Shown in pieces: positions 48,838 to 57,811 of a stretch of DNA of 64,000 nucleotides. The notes under the pieces are model-generated. The model saw nothing but the letters and a program-made list of their open reading frames with translations. It had not been told where the DNA came from and made no database searches. Made by a program: the position numbers and the translations under genes. Location: NCBI GenBank assembly GCA_965262315.1, contig CBDHFJ010000134.1, positions 11,534 to 75,533 on the forward strand. Direction: 5' to 3'. This stretch comes from Acidimicrobiales bacterium (GTDB taxonomy: Bacteria > Actinomycetota > Acidimicrobiia > Acidimicrobiales > UBA8592). Positions within the stretch are counted from its first letter, which is position 1. Every line of letters starts with the position of its first letter.

Positions 48838-50049
48838 TCACCGGTTCTTGGACTCCAGCACTCCGTCGGCTTCGAGCGCGGCGATGGCCTCTGCGTCCAT
48901 CCCCAGGAACTCGCTCAACACCTCGCCGTTGTGCTCGCCCAACGCCGGGGTGTCATGGTCGTCCGGCGGCAGCGGATCGCTCGACTTGAACGGGAATCCG
49001 GGGATTGCCACCCGCCCGGCGAGGGGGTCGTCGACCCAGCGCACCAGACCCCGTTCGACGAAGTGCGGATGATCGAGGGCCTCACGGGGCGACAGCGAGG
49101 GGCCGGCCGGCACCCGAGCGGCATCGAGTGCGTCGAGCACCTCCTCGGTGGTCTCGAAGCCGGCCATCCACTCCTCGATGATCCGAGTCAGCTCGGCCCG
49201 GTGCTCGATCCGGTGCGGGTTGCCGATGAAGCGCTCGTCGTCGGCCAGCTCCGGCCGTCCCAAGGCGTCCCACAGGTACGGCATCTGGGCCTGCGTCAGC
49301 AGCATCAGGATCCAGCCGTCGGGGCCCTGGAACACCCCGGCCGGCGACAGCGACGGGTAGTTCCGTCCGGCACGCTTGGTCTCGTATTCGGGGTCCATCG
49401 ACGCCGCGTGAACGGCCTGCTCGTTCATGTGGAAGAGTGCGTCCACCATGGCGATGTCGAGGTGGGTGCCGCGGCCGGTGCGCTCGCGGTGGAACAGCGC
49501 GTGGCCGATGGCGGCGAACGCATGGACGCCGGCGTTCGTGTCGGCGACACCCAGACCGACGAACGTCGGCGGGCCGTCCGGATCGCCGGTCATGTGGGTC
49601 ACACCCGCCCAGCCCTGTGCGATCAGATCGAAGCAGGGGCGCTGCGCCAAGGTCCCGGTCTGGCCGAAACCCGACACCGAGGCCATGATCAGATCGGGCT
49701 TGATCTCCGCGAGCTGGGCGTACCCGAGTCCCTTGCGGTCCAGCACGCCCGGGCTGAAGTTCTCGACGACGACGTCCATGTGGGGAACCAGCTCGCGCAC
49801 GATGCGGGCCCCCTCGTCGGTGTTGATGTCGAGGCAGAGGCTGCGCTTGCCGCGGTTCTGCTGGATGTGCGCCCCGGCGCGGCGTTCGATGCGCGGTCGG
49901 TTGGAGCGGTTGGGGTCGCCGTACGGCGGCTGTTCGACCTTGATCACGTCGGCGCCCAACTCGACCAGCAGGCGGGTACAGGCGGGCCCGGCCAGATATC
50001 GGGTGAGGTCGAGCACCCGCACGCCCTCGAGCCACGGTGTCGTCGTCAT
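48838..50049 (-). CDS. family III CoA-transferase (CaiB/BaiF type)
   Basis: 403 aa. LEGVRVLDLTRYLAGPACTRLLVELGADVIKVE. ATGA overlap with the upstream SDR gene. Confidence 0.85.
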   Translation of the reverse strand: MTTTPWLEGVRVLDLTRYLAGPACTRLLVELGADVIKVEQPPYGDPNRSNRPRIERRAGAHIQQNRGKRSLCLDINTDEGARIVRELVPHMDVVVENFSPGVLDRKGLGYAQLAEIKPDLIMASVSGFGQTGTLAQRPCFDLIAQGWAGVTHMTGDPDGPPTFVGLGVADTNAGVHAFAAIGHALFHRERTGRGTHLDIAMVDALFHMNEQAVHAASMDPEYETKRAGRNYPSLSPAGVFQGPDGWILMLLTQAQMPYLWDALGRPELADDERFIGNPHRIEHRAELTRIIEEWMAGFETTEEVLDALDAARVPAGPSLSPREALDHPHFVERGLVRWVDDPLAGRVAIPGFPFKSSDPLPPDDHDTPALGEHNGEVLSEFLGMDAEAIAALEADGVLESKNR

Positions 50050-50825
50050 GCGTCGATCGTCCCTCCGTCGAGCGCCACGTCGGCGCCGTTGAGATGCCAG
50101 CCCGCCTCACTTGCGACGAAGGCCACCACGCGCCCGATGTCGATGGGGTCGGGCAGCCGGCCGGTGAGGTTCGGCATGACGTTCTCGACGGCCCAGGCGT
50201 GCACCGTGGGCCAGTCATCGCCCAGGCCTCTCTTCGTCGCGCTCCGGGTCAGCATCTCGCGAACCTCCGCGGTTGCGATCATGCCCGGGCTCACCAGATT
50301 GGCCGTGACCCCGCTGCCCCCCAACTCCTTGGCGAGCGTTCGTACCAGCACCGGGAGCCCCGCCTTCGCCGCGTAGTAGCCCGGGTTGTGGGTGCCGGGC
50401 ATGCGAGCACCGACGGTGCCGATCACCACCACACGTCCCCACCCCTGCTCGACCATCCCGGCCGTGAACGGTTGGATCACCCGGACCGAGGTCAACACGT
50501 TCCGGTCCCACTCGGCAGCCCACTCGTCCAGGCTCGTCCACGTCGAGCCGACGGGTGCGCCGTAGTTGGCGACGACGATGTCGACCGCGCCCACCTCCGA
50601 CGAGAGCGACGCGGCACCGGCGTCGGTCCCGATGTCGGCGACCACCCCCTCGCAGGAGCCGCCCGCGTCGATGATCTCCGCGACGACACCGTCGGGCTGC
50701 CCCGGCTCGAACCCGTGGACGACGACGTGGGCGCCCTCGTCGGCCAACGCCCGGGCGATGCCGGCACCGGTCCCCCGGTAGCTGCCCGTGACCAGGGCCC
50801 GTCTGTCTCGGAGTCCGAAGTCCAT
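50046..50825 (-). CDS. short-chain dehydrogenase/reductase (SDR)
   Basis: 259 aa from ATG 50825. ALVTGSYRGTGAGIARAL (TGxxxGxG) and YYAAKAG (YxxxK). ATGA overlaps at both ends. Confidence 0.85.
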   Translation of the reverse strand: MDFGLRDRRALVTGSYRGTGAGIARALADEGAHVVVHGFEPGQPDGVVAEIIDAGGSCEGVVADIGTDAGAASLSSEVGAVDIVVANYGAPVGSTWTSLDEWAAEWDRNVLTSVRVIQPFTAGMVEQGWGRVVVIGTVGARMPGTHNPGYYAAKAGLPVLVRTLAKELGGSGVTANLVSPGMIATAEVREMLTRSATKRGLGDDWPTVHAWAVENVMPNLTGRLPDPIDIGRVVAFVASEAGWHLNGADVALDGGTIDA

Positions 50826-51823
50826 CAGAGCTTGTACACCCGACGTGCGGTCCCCGCGAAGAGGTCGTGCTGTTCGGCGTCGGTGTAGTCGGCGGCCACG
50901 ATCTGGCAGGCGTTCCACAGCACCGAGTACGGCAGTGATGCCCGGTCGACGGGGAAGTTGGACTCGAACATGCACCGGTCCGGCCCGATGGCCTCGATCG
51001 CGTACCGAAGCCAGTCTCCCCAGTACTCGGCCACCTGTTCGGAGGGTGGCGGTGTCTCCAACTCGTTCCACCCCATCCCGAAGTACCACTCCATACCGAT
51101 GCCGCCGAGCTTGAGGGCGACGTTGGGGCAGGTCGCCACATCGTCGATGCCGGCCTTCCAGTCCTGGAACACCTCGTCGCGGCGGCCTGCGTAGCCGCCG
51201 ATGCCGATCGGCCCGCCGAGATGGTCGAGGACGATCTGAGTCTGAGGCACGGCCCTGGCCAGATCGGCGAGCTCGGACAGCTGTGGATGCAGCAGCCATG
51301 CGTCGAAGCTGAAGCCCATCCGGCCGAGCGTGGCCACACCGGCGCGGAACTCCTCCGTGCCCATCATCCCCGGGGTGGGGCGACTGTGCCCGGGCCGCAC
51401 CGCCGGGTCGTCGGACCACGACGTGGCGTGCCGGATCCCGCGGAAGAGGCCGCGTCCGGCGTCGTCGTGAGCGCGCAGGACCTCTTCGGCTCCGTCGCCC
51501 AACATCATGTCGGCGTGACCGACGATGCCTGCGATCACGGCGCCGCCGGCCCGGCCGGTCTCGGCCGCGCACTCGGCCACGAAGGCACTCTCGCCCACGG
51601 GCCTCAGGTGCTCGGGGCCCTCGTCGAGGTACCCCGCATGGCACTCGACGAACACGGTCTGCACGACGTTGTGGCTGCCGCCGGTCTCCTTCAGCAGATC
51701 GGGGACCAGGAAGTTCTTCCCCGGTGCCTCCCACAGGTGGTGGTGCGGGTCGACGATCTCGCGCTCGGGGTCGATCGCCGCTTCCGCCCCTGAGGCCAGC
51801 CAGTCGAATCGGTACAGGTCCAT
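50825..51823 (-). CDS. amidohydrolase-2 family (TIM-barrel metal hydrolase/decarboxylase)
   Basis: ORF 50825..51847 trimmed to ATG 51823 (GGGGGAG RBS). IVDPHHHLW ... first gene of a three-gene minus-strand operon. Confidence 0.7.
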   Translation of the reverse strand: MDLYRFDWLASGAEAAIDPEREIVDPHHHLWEAPGKNFLVPDLLKETGGSHNVVQTVFVECHAGYLDEGPEHLRPVGESAFVAECAAETGRAGGAVIAGIVGHADMMLGDGAEEVLRAHDDAGRGLFRGIRHATSWSDDPAVRPGHSRPTPGMMGTEEFRAGVATLGRMGFSFDAWLLHPQLSELADLARAVPQTQIVLDHLGGPIGIGGYAGRRDEVFQDWKAGIDDVATCPNVALKLGGIGMEWYFGMGWNELETPPPSEQVAEYWGDWLRYAIEAIGPDRCMFESNFPVDRASLPYSVLWNACQIVAADYTDAEQHDLFAGTARRVYKL

Positions 51824-51941
51824 CTCACTCCCCCGGCCCACGGCCACGCGATGTTCGCGTCAACACCCTAGAGGGTCGGACGGAACCCCTCAGCGCCCGC
51901 CTCCGGTGACCGATGGGAACCCGACCGTCAAAGGAGACCCC

Positions 51942-52670
51942 ATGTCCTTCCGCCACCTCCTCCGACTCATCGGCGTCCTCGCGTGCTCCGCCTTGGTCGC
52001 CACGGCCTGCCTGGGCGGCGATGCCGAGAGCACGCCCGAAGACCCCGCCGACGTCCTTGCGTTCGACGACGCCGACAACGTGCCGGCCCCGGCCGGCGAC
52101 ACCCCGTCGACCGAGACCGGGGACGATGCCGGGATCGACGGCGGCCAGGACCCTGCCGGTGCGGCCGGCGGCAACGACACCGACGACACCGCCCCCACCG
52201 TCGGCGACGGCATCCCGTGCGAGGGCGGCGCCTTCCCCGGCGACGACGAGTTCCGTGCAGCGCTCTGCGCGGCCCAATTCGGGCAGATCGACGTGCTCCG
52301 CGAAGGCGGCGAGGTCGACGAATCCTGGGGCCCACGCATCGCCGACGCCATCCTGGCCTATGCCGATGACCGTGAGGCTGCGCTCGCCGAGCTCACGGCC
52401 ATCGCCGAGGAGACGGCCGCGGCTGCCGCTGGCGCCGACGCCCCGGCCGCAGCGGTCGAGATTCCCGAGATCTCCGACGACCTCCGGGAGTGCACGGTCG
52501 AGGTGGGCTTCCTGATCGTGGACGCCCAGCTGAGCGGCTTCGACCCCCGAGACGTCGAGGAGTGGCAGGACCTGGTCGACGACGTCGACGACCTCGTCGA
52601 CGCCGGTGACCTCGTGGGGGCACAGACGCTGATCTGCCAGCTGCGAGACGAGATCGCCGCGGCGCTCTGA
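51942..52670 (+). CDS. acidic secreted lipoprotein, function unknown
   Basis: ATG 51942 with AAGGAG RBS. MSFRHLLRLIGVLACSALVATAC is a signal peptide plus lipobox. The mature part is D/E/A-rich with 6 Cys. Confidence 0.65.
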   Translation: MSFRHLLRLIGVLACSALVATACLGGDAESTPEDPADVLAFDDADNVPAPAGDTPSTETGDDAGIDGGQDPAGAAGGNDTDDTAPTVGDGIPCEGGAFPGDDEFRAALCAAQFGQIDVLREGGEVDESWGPRIADAILAYADDREAALAELTAIAEETAAAAAGADAPAAAVEIPEISDDLRECTVEVGFLIVDAQLSGFDPRDVEEWQDLVDDVDDLVDAGDLVGAQTLICQLRDEIAAAL

Positions 52671-52701
52671 TCCGACCGGCACCCGCCGGACGCGATCACA
52701 C

Positions 52702-53550
52702 GTGGTCGGGCGCCGACCCGACGCCATCTACGCTTGCCGCATGGCGGATGCGAGCATCCGGGTCGGTTCGCCGGCCGACATCGTCGTCACCGCGGCACCC
52801 CTGCTCATGGGCACCGTCTTGGCGGTCAGTTTGCGCTCCACCCGCGACGAGGACCACGTCTGGCGCGACCTCGGCGCAGGAGCGCTGGGCACCAGCAGTG
52901 TGCTGCCGTTCGTGCTGATCGTCGTCCTCGGTGTCGTCGTCGGCCTCGCAATGGGCCGACGGCGCGGGCCTGCACATCTGCGTGCCATCCGCGCCGCGGG
53001 CGTCACCGCCGCCGTCGCCGGTGCGGCGGTGGGCGGCGTCCACGTGGCGGCGAGGCTCACCGGTGAGGACGGGCAGGGCGAGTTGATCGCCTCCGGCGGT
53101 GTCATCGCCCGCGTGCTGGTCGCTGCAATCGTCGCCGGCGTGATTGCCGCCCCGCTCGCGATGCGGAGGCTGACCCCGGCTGCCGCGGCGACCACCACCA
53201 CGGTGCTCCTGGCGATCTTCGTGCTGCCATGGACCGCGGCATTCGACGACAACAGCCTCCACCCCACCTCCAGCCGCCTCTCCCTCGTCGCCGTCCTCCT
53301 GCCCCTGCTCGTGAGCGTGGTGCCGACCGGACGGCTTCGCGCGGTCGGCGGCCTCGCGTTCGCAGGAGCAATCGCACTCCTCGGTGTCGCGCTCGGGGCG
53401 CTGCCGTGGATTCTCGACGACGCGATGGCCTGCCACGACGACGACTGTGTCCCGCTTCCGCTGGCGGTCTCCTGGCTCCTGGTCGGCGGGCTGTGGTGGG
53501 GAGCGGCAGCGATCGGCGGCACCTGGAACGAGGCATCGGCCCGCACGTGA
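52702..53550 (+). CDS. integral membrane protein, function unknown
   Basis: 282-aa ORF with about 7 hydrophobic segments and high GC3 in this frame. The start is uncertain (GTG 52702 or ATG 52741). Confidence 0.5.
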   Translation: MVGRRPDAIYACRMADASIRVGSPADIVVTAAPLLMGTVLAVSLRSTRDEDHVWRDLGAGALGTSSVLPFVLIVVLGVVVGLAMGRRRGPAHLRAIRAAGVTAAVAGAAVGGVHVAARLTGEDGQGELIASGGVIARVLVAAIVAGVIAAPLAMRRLTPAAAATTTTVLLAIFVLPWTAAFDDNSLHPTSSRLSLVAVLLPLLVSVVPTGRLRAVGGLAFAGAIALLGVALGALPWILDDAMACHDDDCVPLPLAVSWLLVGGLWWGAAAIGGTWNEASART

Positions 53551-53589
53551 ACGGCTGCCGGCGACCCGGCACGCCGATACAGTCCCGCC

Positions 53590-54279
53590 GTGCGCTACCC
53601 CACCGTGCTGCTCGATCTCGACCACACGCTCCTCGACTCGGATGCGTCGCTCCGGCAGGCCCTCCTGGTGACGCTCGAGCACGCCGGTGTCCCCGACGCC
53701 GCCGCACACCACGACACCTTCGACGACCTGAACCGAGCCCTCTGGCGACAGGTGGAGGTGGGAACGATGACGCCGCCGGAGGTGCACGTCGAACGGTTCC
53801 GCCAGCTCGTCGACGTCGTCGGCATCGACGCCGATCCGGCTGCACTGGCCGAGCAGTACGGCCACAACCTCGGCGCGCACGGTGACCTGTACCCCGGGGC
53901 CCGAGAGCTGCTCGACCGGCTCGCCGACGTCGGCGTCACCATGGCCATGATCACCAACGGTCTGAGCGAGGTGCAGCGGGCCCGCATCGCACGGCTCGAG
54001 CTCGGCGACTACTTCGAGGCGATCGTGATCTCGGCCGAGGTCGGCGCCGCCAAGCCCGGTGGCGAGATCTTCGGGCTCGCCTTCGCCGCGCTCGGCGACC
54101 CGGACCCGGCAGGGGCGGTGATGGTGGGCGACAACCTGCCGTCGGACATCAAGGGCGGCGTCGACTACGGAATCGCCACGTGTTGGTACAACCCGCAGGG
54201 CCGGATCCGGTCCGAGGACATCGTGCCGACCCACACCGTGGCTCGGCTGGGCGACGTGGTGGACGTGGTCGTGGGCTGA
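53590..54279 (+). CDS. HAD-superfamily hydrolase (YjjG-like nucleotidase subfamily)
   Basis: 229 aa, GTG start. VLLDLDHTLLD (DxDxT), ITNG, AAKPGGEIF, VMVGDNLPSDIKGG. Confidence 0.8.
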   Translation: MRYPTVLLDLDHTLLDSDASLRQALLVTLEHAGVPDAAAHHDTFDDLNRALWRQVEVGTMTPPEVHVERFRQLVDVVGIDADPAALAEQYGHNLGAHGDLYPGARELLDRLADVGVTMAMITNGLSEVQRARIARLELGDYFEAIVISAEVGAAKPGGEIFGLAFAALGDPDPAGAVMVGDNLPSDIKGGVDYGIATCWYNPQGRIRSEDIVPTHTVARLGDVVDVVVG

Positions 54280-54393
54280 GCCGCGGCGTCTTCGTCCGAA
54301 CAAGCCCCGGACGGCGTGCCCCGTCGCCTCGGTGTGAGCGGTACCTTACGAGACGAAGCGATCCAGCGCCCGACGACCTCTCGGAGGGGAACC

Positions 54394-54687
54394 ATGTTCC
54401 GCCACACCGTGCTGCTCAAGCTGAGCGACGAGACCACCGACGCGCAGATGCGCACGATCTGCGAGGCCCTCGCCGGGCTCCCGGCCGCCATCCCCGAGAT
54501 CCGCAACTACACGATCGGGACCAACGCCGGCGACCGCCCCGACAACTACGACATCGCCGTCATCGGCGACTTCGACGACAAGGCCGCCTACCAGGCGTAC
54601 GCCGACCACCCGGACCACCTCGGGGTGATCCAGCAACACATCGCTCCGCTGCTCACCGGTCGGGCCGCCGTCCAGTTCGAGGTCTGA
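54394..54687 (+). CDS. Dabb (stress-responsive dimeric alpha/beta-barrel) protein
   Basis: 97 aa from ATG 54394 (GGAGGGGA RBS). MFRHTVLLKL ... IPEIRNYTIGTN ... AYQAYADHPDHL. Confidence 0.75.
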   Translation: MFRHTVLLKLSDETTDAQMRTICEALAGLPAAIPEIRNYTIGTNAGDRPDNYDIAVIGDFDDKAAYQAYADHPDHLGVIQQHIAPLLTGRAAVQFEV

Positions 54688-54689
54688 GC

Positions 54690-55670
54690 GTGACCGCGAC
54701 CCCCGTGCTGGCCCGCCCCGACGGGTGCCTCCTCCCGGTATCGGTGTCGCGGGTGCTGGACGACCCGGCTCGGGTGCGGGAACTCGCCCGCCGGACGGGC
54801 CCCTTCTTCATGCCCGCCCGCTACCTCGTCAATGCCGGTGCGGCCAACGACGCCAGCTCCGGGTCCGAGGAGGTCGAGGTACCGGCCCACCTGATCGGCC
54901 CGGTCTGGCGTGGTGACTGGGCCATCGACGGCGCGCCGCTGGTCGACGGGGCCGAGGATCTGCTGACCCTCGGCCCGTTCGTCGAGGGCGCGCAGACCAT
55001 GTGTGGGCCCGACGCGGTCGTCGACCCGCAACAGGTCTTCATCAACCTGACCACCCCGATGCGGGGCGTCGGCTTCGCGCACGTGGACATTCCCGAGTTC
55101 GTCGGTCGGGACCGGTCGAACGCGCCTGGCTGGCTGCTCCAGGCCATGGGCACCTCGCGGGCCTTCGAGGACGTACGCATCACCATCGTCACCGCGGTCA
55201 GTTGGTTCCACACCGGCGAGCGGGGCTACTTCCGGTACTGGCCGCGCGGGATCGACAACGAGAGCGTGCGACACGAGGACATGTGGAACACCGCGGTCGT
55301 CGGCGACAACGACTTCATGTTCCACAAGGTCGAGCGGGTCGGCCGCGACGACCAGGCGCCGGTTCAGGGCCTCACCATCGACACCACGCTGAACCACGAC
55401 GGCGACGCGTGGCAGGTGCTCGAGCAGGGCTCGAGCCTCGCCACCTACACCGACGACGACGTGCGCATCTCCCTGTCGTGGAAGGCCCGCGTCCACGCTT
55501 CCCCTGCGGCGAAAGACGCCGCCGAGTCCGGGGCCGGCGCCCTCAGCGACGACGAGATCCTGGCCCGCTTCGCCGCCGTCCTCGACGAGCCCCTCGCCGC
55601 CGACGCGCTCACCAGCCCCCTGCTCCGCGATCAACTCCAAGCCCGTTTCCCCGGGTACGCGGCGGGGTGA
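54690..55670 (+). CDS. hypothetical protein with possible HxD...H (cupin/2OG-Fe(II)-oxygenase-like) triad
   Basis: 326 aa. GTG 54690 lies 2 nt after the Dabb stop. FAHVDIPEF and DFMFHKVERV could form an HxD..H metal site. No family recognised. Confidence 0.5.
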   Translation: MTATPVLARPDGCLLPVSVSRVLDDPARVRELARRTGPFFMPARYLVNAGAANDASSGSEEVEVPAHLIGPVWRGDWAIDGAPLVDGAEDLLTLGPFVEGAQTMCGPDAVVDPQQVFINLTTPMRGVGFAHVDIPEFVGRDRSNAPGWLLQAMGTSRAFEDVRITIVTAVSWFHTGERGYFRYWPRGIDNESVRHEDMWNTAVVGDNDFMFHKVERVGRDDQAPVQGLTIDTTLNHDGDAWQVLEQGSSLATYTDDDVRISLSWKARVHASPAAKDAAESGAGALSDDEILARFAAVLDEPLAADALTSPLLRDQLQARFPGYAAG

Positions 55671-56710
55671 CGGCAACCGAGCAGGGCGACGAGCCCGCCG
55701 AGCGCTCGGGCATCGCGCCCATCGACGTCAGCCATCCGGCGGTCCCGCCCTTCGCGCCGCTCCCGTTCCTGCGTTGGCTGTGGCAGCTGACCAAGGACGT
55801 GGTGAACGAGTATCGCCGCGACGGCGTCGGTGACCTGGCGGCATCGATCACCTTCTGGACCCTGCTCTCGATCCCCGCAGCGATCCTGGCCCTGATCAGC
55901 GCGCTCTCCTCGGTACGGACGATCGTGAACACGACCGCCGCCGAGGATCTCGAGCGCGAGATCCAGGACTTCATCAACGACACCTTTGCCGAGTCCGAGA
56001 CCCTGAACAGCGCCGTGGCGGAGCTGTTCGTCGGGTCGAACGCCGGCGTGGTGACCGCCGCAACGCTCGTCGCCTTCTTCTCGTTGAGCCGCGGTTTCGC
56101 CGGCCTGATCCGGGCCCTCGATCAGGCCTATGAGATCGAGGAGGGTCGAAGCTGGTGGCACGTGCGGCTGGTCGCCATCGGCCTGGGCTTCGCCACGGTG
56201 ATCATCGCTGCCGGCTCGACCGTGGTGCTGGCGCTGCTCCCGGAGCTGCCGGGTGGCACCGCGTTCGCGGTGCTCGCGGCACCAGCGGCGTTCCTGCTCA
56301 TCATCCTGTGGGCGGCCATCCTCTTCCACGTCGGCCCGTACCACCGGACGCCGTGGCGTTACGACATCCCAGGCGCGATTCTCACCGCGGTCGGCTGGGT
56401 GGCCTCCACCCAGGGGTTCGCGCTGTACATCCGGTTCACCGATCAGGCCAACCAGGTGCAGACCACCATCGGCGCCGTCCTCCTCGGCCTGACGCTGATG
56501 TACCTCTTGAGCATCGTGATGCTCGTCGGCGCCGAGCTGAACGATGTCCTGTCCCGTCGGGCCGGTGTCGTCCAACAGCCGGTCAAGCTCCGCGAACGGA
56601 TCGAGGCCATCAAGGACCGTCTCGGCGAAGACGAGGTCGACGACCTTCGCGACGCAGACGTCGAGCCCGGCGCGGTCAGCCGGGGAACCGGGCCTGGAGA
56701 CCCTCGCTGA
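55667..56710 (+). CDS. YihY/BrkB family membrane protein
   Basis: GTGA overlap at 55667-55670. DLAASITFWTLLSIPAAILALISAL and several further TM helices. 347 aa. Confidence 0.8.
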   Translation: MTATEQGDEPAERSGIAPIDVSHPAVPPFAPLPFLRWLWQLTKDVVNEYRRDGVGDLAASITFWTLLSIPAAILALISALSSVRTIVNTTAAEDLEREIQDFINDTFAESETLNSAVAELFVGSNAGVVTAATLVAFFSLSRGFAGLIRALDQAYEIEEGRSWWHVRLVAIGLGFATVIIAAGSTVVLALLPELPGGTAFAVLAAPAAFLLIILWAAILFHVGPYHRTPWRYDIPGAILTAVGWVASTQGFALYIRFTDQANQVQTTIGAVLLGLTLMYLLSIVMLVGAELNDVLSRRAGVVQQPVKLRERIEAIKDRLGEDEVDDLRDADVEPGAVSRGTGPGDPR

Positions 56711-57734
56711 TCCGCTGCCACCCCCCGTCGACGATGGCGGCGAAGTCGGACTCCCGCCCCACGGCCACCCGTGCCCGCGGCATCCAGTCCAGGCGACATC
56801 CTGCGCCGGTCGGCCGGACCTCGTAGCGGCAGGTGTAGTCGACGACCGACGCGGGGAAGCCCGCGTCCACTCGGAGCTGAAACATCCGCTCGGCCGGGCG
56901 GTGATGCACCAGCGACTCGACCACGGTGGTGCCGTCCGCTCGCCCGAGCGTCCGGGCCACAGGCGGTCCTGGGGTGACCGCGATGGTGTCGAGCCCGCCG
57001 GGCCACCAGTCCAGGAGGCCGCCGAAATCGCCCAGGACCGTCCACACGTCATCGGGCGACGCGTCGATGTGGAGCGAGCGGTGATCGGCCCAGTCCTGGG
57101 CCGCGCCGTCGACCGATGCGGCGTCGGCGTCGTCCCGCAGGACCCACTCGGTGGTGAGGCGGCGCCCCAGCGTGTCCGGGTCGGTGAACGAGGCCGCGTC
57201 GGCGCGGATGATCTCCGCACCCTCGTCCGTGTCGAAGAATCGGGTCCGCGCATCCTCGGCACTCGGGAAGCCGACCACGGCGACCCCATCGAGGTCGATC
57301 TCGCTCCCCGGGACCACCGACAGCTGGTCGTAGTCCCACATCCCGAGGTGATGGCCGAGCGCCAGGGGGCCGTGGGTGTCCCGCCAATGCCGATGGAACG
57401 CCTCGACGGCCATGCCGTTGCGGCGGCGCACGTCGAACACCATCGACACGCCAGGGCTCGCGTGGTCGGCTCTCCACGTCACACGATGGCGGCGGAGGCG
57501 TCGGCTCAGGATCTCGGCGGTGGATGCACCCGGGATCGACCGACAGGCGTCGACGATCGCGGCGGCATCTCCGGTGGCGCGCAGCAGGGCCCAGTCGTCG
57601 CCGTCGGTGTGCACCGCCACCGCGCGAACGTCGGGGTGGGTGGCCAGTCCCGTCCCCACGGCCATCACCGCCGCCACATCGGCGGTCACGGCGATCGCAC
57701 CGGTCGTGCCGGTCGGCGCACCAGAGTCGTCCAC
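56676..57734 (-). CDS. EthD-domain + SRPBCC-domain fusion protein (start uncertain)
   Basis: 352-aa ORF. VEAFHRHWRDTHGPL is EthD-type. The C-terminal half, LHIDASPDDVWTVLGDFGGLLDWWPG ..., is SRPBCC/polyketide-cyclase-like. The first ~95 aa are unassigned, and an internal Met (MVFDV) may be the true start. Confidence 0.6.
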   Translation of the reverse strand: MDDSGAPTGTTGAIAVTADVAAVMAVGTGLATHPDVRAVAVHTDGDDWALLRATGDAAAIVDACRSIPGASTAEILSRRLRRHRVTWRADHASPGVSMVFDVRRRNGMAVEAFHRHWRDTHGPLALGHHLGMWDYDQLSVVPGSEIDLDGVAVVGFPSAEDARTRFFDTDEGAEIIRADAASFTDPDTLGRRLTTEWVLRDDADAASVDGAAQDWADHRSLHIDASPDDVWTVLGDFGGLLDWWPGGLDTIAVTPGPPVARTLGRADGTTVVESLVHHRPAERMFQLRVDAGFPASVVDYTCRYEVRPTGAGCRLDWMPRARVAVGRESDFAAIVDGGWQRISEGLQARFPG

Positions 57735-57811
57735 CGCGCTGACGCTACTGCACGGGCACTCCCTCCGGATCGGCTGGTCCGCCGACGTGAGCGCTCAGCT
57801 ACTCTCCTGGC

